NCBI GenBank assembly: GCA_963816535.1
Contig: CAWFKW010000006.1
Span: forward strand, 324,334 to 388,333
Origin: an uncultured Ignavibacteria bacterium
Lineage (GTDB): Bacteria > Bacteroidota > Ignavibacteria > Tepidaquicellales > OLB5
Reading direction: 5' to 3'
Length of the DNA: 64,000 nucleotides
The position numbers and the translations under genes were made by a program. The notes beneath the pieces are model-generated. The model had not been told where the DNA came from. It worked only from the letters and a program-made list of their open reading frames with translations, and made no database searches. Of this stretch, positions 27,579 through 35,858 are shown one piece after another. How positions within the stretch are numbered: position 1 is the first letter of the stretch; every line of letters starts with the position of its first letter.

Positions 27579-27728
27579 ATGAAAAAAATGCTGATATTTT
27601 TATCTTTATTATTAGCTCTGCATATAATACACGTGCTGGAGCACAAATTTTGTCACGTTGTGGCTATAGATAAAATGTTATATAAGCCGTTGCCGCTATG
27701 TCCCTACTTTTATGCTCATTTTACTTAA
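27579..27728 (+). CDS. Unlisted 49-aa small protein, copy B
   Basis: MKKMLIFLSLLLALHIIHVLEHKFCHVVAIDKMLYKPLPLCPYFYAHFT. It lies in the second copy of the 175-bp repeat. Confidence 0.6.
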   Translation: MKKMLIFLSLLLALHIIHVLEHKFCHVVAIDKMLYKPLPLCPYFYAHFT

Positions 27729-28506
27729 CAGTGCTATGATACTCAAAACAAAACATATAAAAATGAAAGCATTATTACCCGTCTCAATATTATTCATTTC
27801 CTTACTTTCATTTATTTGCTCGACTAATACAGAAATAGAGCAGAACAAAAATATAAATGCGGTCAAAGGTATACGTTTATACTATGATACTTTACATCTG
27901 AATCCTATAAACAAAGAATTTTACTTCCCCACAAATTTATATACTCATGATTCAATTTATTTATCGGATAGGTCTGACACAATTACCTTTAAGAGTTATT
28001 TGAAACCCAATAATGACCATTGGCAACGAATGAATGAATGGTATTCCGAAGCGCTGAGGGCATTAAAAGAACCAAAAATATATAATTTGGATACAACGCT
28101 AGAAATTTATCGCTTTACTTGGCTAAGAACCTTTCATAAACCCGTAGCTATAAGAATTGAAAACAATAATAATAAATACAAACTGTTTTTGAAAATAAGT
28201 GACGGGGCAGGCGGGTATTCACCGGGTAAACTAATTGTGAATGAAAATAAAATTCTAACATATGATGAATGGAATATTTTTAAAGATATGCTAAGTAAAA
28301 TAAATTTTTGGCAACTCGTTCCAGAAACCCTCGAAAACATGGGTAATGATGGTGCAGGGTGGATTTTAGAAGGCAAAACAAAAGATAAGTATAATTTTAT
28401 GACAATATGGAATCCAAACGAAAAACATCATCAAGATTTTCGTGAGTGCTGTGAATATTTAATAAATTTAAGCAAACTCAAAATAAAGAAATCTGAATTA
28501 TATTAA
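27712..28506 (+). CDS. Hypothetical secreted protein (likely start ATG 27763)
   Basis: Starting at 27763 gives the signal peptide MKALLPVSILFISLLSFICSTN. The upstream 17 codons overlap the small ORF and the repeat. Confidence 0.5.
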   Translation: MLILLNSAMILKTKHIKMKALLPVSILFISLLSFICSTNTEIEQNKNINAVKGIRLYYDTLHLNPINKEFYFPTNLYTHDSIYLSDRSDTITFKSYLKPNNDHWQRMNEWYSEALRALKEPKIYNLDTTLEIYRFTWLRTFHKPVAIRIENNNNKYKLFLKISDGAGGYSPGKLIVNENKILTYDEWNIFKDMLSKINFWQLVPETLENMGNDGAGWILEGKTKDKYNFMTIWNPNEKHHQDFRECCEYLINLSKLKIKKSELY

Positions 28507-28530
28507 GGCAATAAAAACTTTGAGAGAAAA

Positions 28531-29376
28531 ATGAAAACAATATATTTATTTCCTGTTCTAATTATCTGTTTGTTGATAAATTTTAATACCAGCGTATCTC
28601 AAAATAATCAGGGCAGCGACAAAAAATCCGCTTCTGGTATAAAGTCTACAACAACATTCTTAATACTTTACGATAATGGTAAGCCTACGGGGGATTCCTT
28701 AATAAATTATTATATTGAATATGACAAAGAAGGAAATATATTGCAGGATTCCGATTATTATAAAGGGCATTTATTTGCAAAATATTTTTATAAGTACGGT
28801 AAAAATGGTTTTATAAAAGCCGAAACGTTTGAATATTATAACGAAAAAACGGGGCAAGTTAATGACGTCATAAAGACAAATTACAACAATGATGGGAAGA
28901 AGCTGGAAACAATCCATTACACTTTTATATTAGGGGATACTCTTTTAGATAGAAGTATTTATAAATATGACACAAAAAATGACTGTGAACTTAGCGTAAA
29001 CGTCACTGATAACGATTCAATTGTTAGCAAGACGTGTTTTAAATATGATAAAAATGGTAACGCTATTAAAGAAACCCATACAAACTCAAATGGTGTAGTA
29101 AATCTAACTTATAGCAGATTGTTTAATGACTCCGGTAATTTGATACAGGAAATATCGACTAACACAGATAAAGATTTTGAGTATAAAATTATTTGCAAAT
29201 ACAATGATTCTAATATAAAAACCGAGCAAATCAGATACGACGGCAACGGGAATTTACAAAGCAGTACAAAATTTACAAAATACGATTCAAATGGAAATCT
29301 TTTGGAAAGTATTACATACAATAGCAATGATAATATACTTTCAGTTTACCGCAACCAATTTCAATATTTTAAATAG
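28531..29376 (+). CDS. Secreted protein with YD-like repeats
   Basis: Signal peptide, then recurring (K)YD..GN(L/I)..(E/D).. units (YDKEGNILQDSDYY, KYDKNGNAIKETH, RYDGNGNLQSS, KYDSNGNLLESITY). Confidence 0.5.
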   Translation: MKTIYLFPVLIICLLINFNTSVSQNNQGSDKKSASGIKSTTTFLILYDNGKPTGDSLINYYIEYDKEGNILQDSDYYKGHLFAKYFYKYGKNGFIKAETFEYYNEKTGQVNDVIKTNYNNDGKKLETIHYTFILGDTLLDRSIYKYDTKNDCELSVNVTDNDSIVSKTCFKYDKNGNAIKETHTNSNGVVNLTYSRLFNDSGNLIQEISTNTDKDFEYKIICKYNDSNIKTEQIRYDGNGNLQSSTKFTKYDSNGNLLESITYNSNDNILSVYRNQFQYFK

Positions 29377-29407
29377 CAACAAACCATGAAATCAACATTA
29401 GTTATAA

Positions 29408-29431
29408 AGCGGATTAAATCCCGCTTTTTTT
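29408..29431 (+). terminator. Rho-independent terminator
   Basis: AGCGGAT-taa-ATCCCGCT (one bulged C) followed by TTTTTTT. Confidence 0.6.
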
Positions 29432-29459
29432 ATTTCTATACCCCTCTTAAATACTTATA

Positions 29460-29975
29460 TTGGTTAACGGGAAGGGAAAAATGAGTAAAAAAGACGCTAA
29501 AACCAGTACAGGTGAATTACCACAACGGTTATTTAAAATTGCCATGTCTTATATTGATTCCATGACAGACGAGGAGCGAAAGGAATTACTTATTAGAAAC
29601 TATGTTCCTAACGAAACTTATGAACAATGGCAACTTAAAATTAAAGAATCCGAAATACAGTACTTAAAACAGGATGTTGAATTAGAGAAAGAAAGTTCTC
29701 AACGGCTAAAAAATTTATACCTTGAATTGGCTTCAAAAAGCCCGTACGATTTAGCTTGTAAAATTGTACGAGTAAATCCCTCAAAGTATAATGACCTGTT
29801 AGTACCGCTATATGAATATATTGCCGAAAGGTTCACTTACAAAAAGAAAGACGGCAGTATAAACCGCTCTCAGGTCGCAAGACATATCAGAAAAATAGCA
29901 GGTAATACCAAAAAATCAGAACGAACAGTTCAAGCCGCATTAAGCCGTTACATTAACTCAAAACAGAAACGCTAA
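29460..29975 (+). CDS. Hypothetical protein, possible C-terminal HTH (likely start ATG 29481)
   Basis: ORF of 164-171 aa. The C-terminal INRSQVARHIRKIAGNTKKSERTVQAALSRYI looks HTH-like. No family recognised. Confidence 0.45.
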   Translation: MVNGKGKMSKKDAKTSTGELPQRLFKIAMSYIDSMTDEERKELLIRNYVPNETYEQWQLKIKESEIQYLKQDVELEKESSQRLKNLYLELASKSPYDLACKIVRVNPSKYNDLLVPLYEYIAERFTYKKKDGSINRSQVARHIRKIAGNTKKSERTVQAALSRYINSKQKR

Positions 29976-30168
29976 ATTCATGCAATTATTTTTCTCCAAC
30001 AAATTGTAGTAAAAAGTGTATTTAATTTTGTTCTATGAATGAGAAAATCATAGTTCAAAAATCAGTTAGGTATTCAACGGCAGCAAGGTTTCTTTTTGAT
30101 GTGCATTCCCTTTCCCGCACTCAATTGGTTTTCTCCCCTGTTGCCGTTTCTGTTTTCAGAGAAAATCA

Positions 30169-31083
30169 ATGCCTCGCTCCCAGATAAATAAATCTCCTGT
30201 AATATATCTTGAACAACTACAAGCGCAAGTGTTAAAATACACAGCGTCAAATCTTGCTCTAAGCACTCATCAACTGTACGTTACGGCTTTCAAAAACTTA
30301 ATTGGTTTCTTAGGCAATGTTCCCGTTACGCTAATTACTTCAAAGCACATTGACGATTTTAAGAGTTTTCGCTCTGAACAAATATCAAAATCAACTGTAA
30401 ATATTCAATTATGTTGTATAAAAGCAGCTTTTAACCTTGCTGTTAGATGGAATATGCTTGAAGTCAGTCCCGCCGAAAACGTTAAGAAGTTCCGAGTAGA
30501 GCAAACGGAAATACTGTCATTCCGAGATGATGAATTAAGGGTACTGCTTTCAGAAATTCCAGACGGCAACTTAAAAAATATTGTTTTATTTGCCATATAC
30601 ACTGGTTGTCGTATAAACGAAATCCTAAACATTCAGCATAAAGACATTGACCTCACAGAAAGAATTTTATTTATACGCAACAATGCAGAAACGGGATTCA
30701 AAACCAAAACAGGGCGCAACCGTCAAATCCCTATTTCAGATAGCTTGTACAACCCCTTACAACGCCTTTTAAAGCACGATAGCAACGTTTACTGCTTATC
30801 TGAACCTGACAGATACCTATTTACCAACCGCAAGGGCTTCAAATTCCAAAAAGACTATATAAGCAAGCAATTCAAAAATCATTTAAGAGCTTGTAACCTG
30901 CCAGAAAAATTTCATTTTCATTGCCTGCGTCACACATTCGTAACAAACCTTATCCGAAACGGGGTCAATATTTCTTTCGTTAAGGAGTTAGCGGGGCATT
31001 CTAATATTTCAACCACGATGAATTATATACACCTTGTTACGGATGACCTTCGAGACGCTGTAAACAAGATTAAGTTTGGTTAG
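30169..31083 (+). CDS. int: Tyrosine recombinase/integrase paralogue lacking the N-terminal arm-binding-type domain
   Basis: By eye roughly 55-60% identical to Int1 from Int1 residue ~46 onward (PVIYLEQL.., TGCRINEILN, FHFHCLRHTFVTNL, GHSNISTTMNYIH). An in-frame TGA at 30097-99 prevents any N-terminal extension. Confidence 0.85.
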   Translation: MPRSQINKSPVIYLEQLQAQVLKYTASNLALSTHQLYVTAFKNLIGFLGNVPVTLITSKHIDDFKSFRSEQISKSTVNIQLCCIKAAFNLAVRWNMLEVSPAENVKKFRVEQTEILSFRDDELRVLLSEIPDGNLKNIVLFAIYTGCRINEILNIQHKDIDLTERILFIRNNAETGFKTKTGRNRQIPISDSLYNPLQRLLKHDSNVYCLSEPDRYLFTNRKGFKFQKDYISKQFKNHLRACNLPEKFHFHCLRHTFVTNLIRNGVNISFVKELAGHSNISTTMNYIHLVTDDLRDAVNKIKFG

Positions 31084-31085
31084 GC

Positions 31086-32330
31086 TTGAATATGAAAGTT
31101 TACATCCCCTCCACTTTGCCAATAGCCCTGTTTCCTGAAAAGCATAAGGACAAGTATTTCTATTTCCTTCACAAAATTTATGAGGAAAGAGTATTTAATA
31201 AGGAATATGAATATAACTCTTACGTTAACCTGAATGCTTCAATTATGAGATATATTATAGGTCGAGGAAGCTTTGAACCTGTTAGAAGTGCCTTAATCGC
31301 TAAAGGTATTATTGAAACTGATAACTGGTATGTTGTAGGTAAGAAGTCCAAAGGTTACAGGTTAACTTTTCAATATAGCGGTGTTAAACATCAGCAGTTA
31401 GAGATAACGGATAGTAATATTATTAACAGGGTAAGCGTATTTAAGCAAAGGCAGGAATACAACATTCCGCTGGGAATAGAATATCAAAAACTCCATGAAT
31501 GGCTTAATTTATTTTCTATTGACTATGAAAAAGCTATCCAGTTCATTAATTCAAACTACGCCGCCGACACTCACAAATGGATATGTAATACCATTTCTGT
31601 AGATAAAATTAAGGAAAAGGACATCTTTTTTGTTGCCGATAGTTCAGCAGGACGGGTTCATACTAATATAACCAATCTTTCAAGAGAGTTGAGGCGGTTT
31701 CTGCTATTTGATAATAAGCCTCTTGTCAATATTGACCTTGCAAACTCCCAACCGTTTTTGTTTAATATCTTAATCAAAAAATATGTTGACGGCGGCAACG
31801 TTTCTTTTTCTAACAATCTTCCCAATTCTCAATCACATCTTCTACCTTATGATGGCTACTATGATGGAAAAGTTAATAATGACATTGATTTATATTTACA
31901 ACTAACAAGCGACGGCAAGTTTTATGAGTATTTAATGCAACAAATGAATTACAACGGCGATAGGAACATGTTTAAAAAAGAGTTTTTCGGTAAGGTTTTT
32001 TACTCTAAAAATAGCTCTAATTATGTTTTCAGGGAACGGAAAGAGTTTAAACGGCTATTCCCTACAGTTTCTAACATTATTGATTACCTCAAAAAGGATG
32101 ACTATAGGGCGCTGCCCGTCATGTTACAACGTGCAGAACGTAAGATTATCATTAATAAAATTGTCAGGAGAATTGTCATTGAGCGTCCCGAACTCCCTAT
32201 TAGCACTATTCATGATAGCATTCTGACAACCAAAGGGAATGAAAACTATGTTAGCGATGTAATAAGGGAGGAATTTTCTAAAGAAATTAATTTGATACCG
32301 TCCATTAAGACCGAAATATATGGTTCTTAA
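31086..32330 (+). CDS. Minimal family-A (PolA/T7-like, TV-Pol-like) polymerase-like protein
   Basis: Ordered motifs AGRVHTN, PLVNIDLANSQPFLFNIL (A), RNMFKKEFFGKVFY (B) and ISTIHDSILTT (C). It starts 3 nt (TTG) or 9 nt (ATG 31092) after the int2 stop. Confidence 0.55.
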   Translation: MNMKVYIPSTLPIALFPEKHKDKYFYFLHKIYEERVFNKEYEYNSYVNLNASIMRYIIGRGSFEPVRSALIAKGIIETDNWYVVGKKSKGYRLTFQYSGVKHQQLEITDSNIINRVSVFKQRQEYNIPLGIEYQKLHEWLNLFSIDYEKAIQFINSNYAADTHKWICNTISVDKIKEKDIFFVADSSAGRVHTNITNLSRELRRFLLFDNKPLVNIDLANSQPFLFNILIKKYVDGGNVSFSNNLPNSQSHLLPYDGYYDGKVNNDIDLYLQLTSDGKFYEYLMQQMNYNGDRNMFKKEFFGKVFYSKNSSNYVFRERKEFKRLFPTVSNIIDYLKKDDYRALPVMLQRAERKIIINKIVRRIVIERPELPISTIHDSILTTKGNENYVSDVIREEFSKEINLIPSIKTEIYGS

Positions 32331-32907
32331 AGGCACAGTGAATGACGTTAGCGGCGTTTGCCATCAAGCGCTGTTTTCACTTTTTAGGTAATATTATATT
32401 TTTTTTAACTTCGCTTTTTAGCGTAATTTATATTAAGAGGCTATTAAGGTACTCACAAGCCATTCCAAAATCGGAATAGTGCCGAAATATGATAATACGA
32501 TACTTAGAAATTTGAGAAATCTGACATATCGTTATAAGCTAAACAAAGTTAATATAATAAAGATATTGTTACTTAATGTTGTATAGGCGGAAACGTCATA
32601 GAGAAATTACTACCTTACAAAGTTAGAAATTTTAACCATAACAGCTATTGATTTTATTTTGCAGTTGAATTAATTTGCAGACGTTAAAACTTCAAACAGC
32701 TAAAATTGAAAACAGAAATTTTATTTACACATTCCCGTCAGGGTTACAAAAAGGGTTTAGCTGCCCCGAAGTTTTCCTTGACGGGATTTGTGTTTAAAAG
32801 GAACTCACTACAAAAGAAATTAATCATTTTTTAGGGCTTGAAGTAACTAAAGAAGTACCTACGTTTTCGATTTGTTTTGTTTCCCCTGCAAATTTGCCAC
32901 TTACCAA

Positions 32908-32951
32908 CGGTTTAGCAAACCGGTGGTTTCAGCCACTCACCCACCTCTCCG
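32908..32951. repeat. attR core: orphan 5' fragment of tRNA-Ser
   Basis: Identical 44 bp. The sequence on the side where the tRNA 3' half should be (..ttaccaa) is not tRNA-like. Confidence 0.9.
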
Positions 32952-33381
32952 TGATAAATTAGCTGAATTATTACCAAACATAATCATTTCTCAGGAATTT
33001 TCACAGACAAAAAAATAGACCACCGAGAGTTCAATTTACGATGAACATATTCTGGATCCAAATCTCCTGTATAGAAACCTCCTTACTCCGAAATCCTATT
33101 ATGCCTCTCCCAGGCAGTAGCTTGGGAGGGAGTAATGAGTTTAGCCGCTGTTTTCACAAATTACTGCCGCTGGTGGCGTTATAGCCAACAACTTTTAAAT
33201 ATAATGTATCCTTAGAAAAATATCTTTCATAAAAAACTCATATTACTGCCGTTGTTGGCGTTATCACCAGCAACTTTTAAGCCGGGAACTTCTTACGAAA
33301 TTCAGCATTGAGAATTAAATGGCAAAAAGCGAACTTAAGCTAAATATTTTCCTAATCTTGAATTCAAACCTCAACTAGTAT

Positions 33382-34167
33382 ATGAAAACTCAGAAAAATA
33401 TCTTTCATAAAAAACTCATTGGCAAGTGGGGTAAATTTACTATTTATCTGGTTGATGATGAAATAGTCCGCAACAAAGCCGAATATGCAGAAGAATTCAG
33501 CGACTACGGCGTGAACATTGGCAAGAGAGGACTGGCTACGCTGAATTTCAAATTCATACCGAAAGATGAAATATGGATAGCAAAATCCATCAAAGCGTCA
33601 GAAAGACATTTTATTATCGGTAACGCGCTATCTTACATAAAAAATATTGAAAACGGAGTAGAACCCGGCAAGGCATATGATAATGCCCTTAAACAGGAGC
33701 AGGACCGCCGCACAAATGAGGCAATAAATAAGCTTCATATAAAGACAAAGACGCTTTTTGATAATCCGCTTCATAAAAATGTGCCAAAGAAAGTTTATAA
33801 GAAGAAATATCTTGTAATAAAAGATAAGAAAGATATCGTAAGCGTATACTTAATCAATGCGCAGGTTGTGCGCGATTTGTACAAACCCGATTATGTTGAA
33901 GGCGGGCACGGTTATGTTTATGAATGGATACCTGAAAATGAAATATGGATTGATGTGAAAGTGAAGCAGGATGAAATACCGGTAATAATACTCCACGAAT
34001 ACCTGGAAAGGATATTGATGAAGTATAAGAAGTTTCCTTATGTAAGGGCGCATAACGCCGCGCTAAGAGTTGAGTTTGAGCACAGGGGAATTTTCAACAA
34101 GAAAGACGCCGCCGCGCTGAGCAGGAATGTTGTGCTGAATAAGCTCTTGCAGAATATCAAATACTAA
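33382..34167 (+). CDS. Hypothetical protein with internal two-fold repeat
   Basis: 261-aa ORF with repeated IP(K/E)(D/N)EIWI blocks. HEYLE is not a canonical HExxH motif. No family recognised. Confidence 0.5.
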   Translation: MKTQKNIFHKKLIGKWGKFTIYLVDDEIVRNKAEYAEEFSDYGVNIGKRGLATLNFKFIPKDEIWIAKSIKASERHFIIGNALSYIKNIENGVEPGKAYDNALKQEQDRRTNEAINKLHIKTKTLFDNPLHKNVPKKVYKKKYLVIKDKKDIVSVYLINAQVVRDLYKPDYVEGGHGYVYEWIPENEIWIDVKVKQDEIPVIILHEYLERILMKYKKFPYVRAHNAALRVEFEHRGIFNKKDAAALSRNVVLNKLLQNIKY

Positions 34168-34333
34168 GCCTTCACCGGCCATCTAAGTTAAATTGACTTA
34201 ATTGAGTTTATATTAGTTATGTCAGAATACCACGTTTGCGGCCCTAAAATCACGAAATCCGTTAGCAATTTCCTTTTAATAAACTTTATTATCAGTTAAA
34301 TTTAATGCGCTAAAAATTTACTAATTACATTCT

Positions 34334-35830
34334 ATGAAAAAGAGCCTTTTTCTCATTTGGGTTTTTCTGGCATCGTTCATAATTTATTCTCCTTCGGATC
34401 TGCACAGCCAGGAATCCGATCTGAATAAGATAATTAAATCAGGCCAGGACGCAGAGCAAACAGGCAATTATACCGAAGCCCTGTTTTATTATTCGGCAGC
34501 CATAGACGCCGACCCTGCATACGTGGATAGTTATGTGTACCGCGGCGGGTTGTACAAAAGAATGAAGAATTATCCCAAGGCCAAGCTAGACTTCCAGCAG
34601 GTGGTTAAAATAAACCCGCAGAATGAACAGGCGTATATGGACCTTGGATTGATCGACACTGAACTTAAGAGCTTCGCCGACGCGGTAAACGATTACAGCT
34701 CGGTTCTCTCTATCAACCCTAACAACGCCGATGCATATTATTTTAGGGGCAATAGTTATAATTCGCTTGGAAAGCTTAAAGAAGCGGCGGGCGATTATTC
34801 AAAAGCTGTTGAGCTTAACCCTTCAAATACCGATGCAAGCGCAAAGCTGGCGTCTGTTAACAACCAGCTTAATCAGAACGTGCAGATAACCTCAGCGGAT
34901 AACCAGAAATCAACAGATAACCAGAAATCAACAGATAACCAGAAATCAACGGATGAGAAAAACGAAAAGAGGAATGATGTAAGCGTTGAAAAGAAAACAG
35001 ACGTAACGACGGAAAACAAAACGGAAGATAACAGCCGGAAGAAACCCGATGTGACCGTAGACAATAAAACCGATGACAGCAAACAAGTTGCGGTAAATGA
35101 ACCTGAGAAAACAGGCGATTCTAAGAATGTACTTGTCAGAGAAAAACCCACTGAAGATAACAGCGTTTCAGATACCGACGGCGACAACCAGCAGCAGGAT
35201 ATTGCGGACAATACTCAGACGACAAACCCGGACAATACACAGGCCGATAACCAAAATACGAATCAAACAGAAAACACAAATAATACTTCTCCTGAAGTTA
35301 CTAACAATACTCAAACAGAAAATAATGTAAATACCGAAGAGAAAAAGGAAGAAGTAGCGCCCATAGTAGAGCCAAAGCCCGATATAGAGAATTTTATAAT
35401 GACAGGACTAGGGTACTATGAAAAGAAACAGTTCCAGAAAGCGCTTGATGAATATGACAAGGCGGTGCAGATAGACCCCGATTTTTACGAAGCCCATTAT
35501 CATAAAGGCAGAGCCTACACCGAGCTAAACGATTATGACGACGCTATTATGGAATATACCAGGACCATAGAGCTTGATCCTTCGCATGAAAAAGCTCACG
35601 TTAACCGCGGGTATATTTATAACGAACTGAAACAGTACGATAAGGCGATAGCCGATTATCAGAAAGCTGTGGAGATAAATCCAAAATCAGTTTTCGGATA
35701 TTACAACATGGGAATTACTTATTATAACATGAAAGATAAAGATGATGCTGCAAAAAGCTTTCAGCAGGCCGCGAGGCTGGGAGATACAGATTCACAGGAG
35801 TGGCTTCAGTCGAACGGTTACAGCTGGTAA
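34334..35830 (+). CDS. TPR-repeat protein with a long low-complexity central linker
   Basis: Signal peptide. TPR units are present at both ends (A..Y..A...DP....AY..RG..Y). The central region is D/N/Q/T/K-rich. Confidence 0.8.
   Translation: MKKSLFLIWVFLASFIIYSPSDLHSQESDLNKIIKSGQDAEQTGNYTEALFYYSAAIDADPAYVDSYVYRGGLYKRMKNYPKAKLDFQQVVKINPQNEQAYMDLGLIDTELKSFADAVNDYSSVLSINPNNADAYYFRGNSYNSLGKLKEAAGDYSKAVELNPSNTDASAKLASVNNQLNQNVQITSADNQKSTDNQKSTDNQKSTDEKNEKRNDVSVEKKTDVTTENKTEDNSRKKPDVTVDNKTDDSKQVAVNEPEKTGDSKNVLVREKPTEDNSVSDTDGDNQQQDIADNTQTTNPDNTQADNQNTNQTENTNNTSPEVTNNTQTENNVNTEEKKEEVAPIVEPKPDIENFIMTGLGYYEKKQFQKALDEYDKAVQIDPDFYEAHYHKGRAYTELNDYDDAIMEYTRTIELDPSHEKAHVNRGYIYNELKQYDKAIADYQKAVEINPKSVFGYYNMGITYYNMKDKDDAAKSFQQAARLGDTDSQEWLQSNGYSW
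34898..34951 (+). repeat. 3 x 18-bp in-frame tandem repeat (DNQKST)
   Basis: gataaccagaaatcaaca x3; the last base of the third unit is g. Confidence 0.9.
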
Positions 35831-35858
35831 AAGTAAAATTTATTTATTGTGAACTGTA

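Larger units (their letters stand above)
24327..32951 (+). mobile_element. Integrative element (~8.6 kb) inserted in tRNA-Ser(GCU), with tyrosine integrases, a polymerase-like gene and unknown cargo
   Basis: Perfect 44-bp direct repeats at both ends. An integrase gene sits next to attL. Iterons are present. The interior is markedly A/T-rich compared with the flanks. Confidence 0.85.

Noticed and set aside
32908-32951. A second tRNA gene
   Set aside because: Only the 5' 43 nt of tRNA-Ser are present. The adjacent sequence cannot form the variable arm, the T-arm or the acceptor 3' strand.
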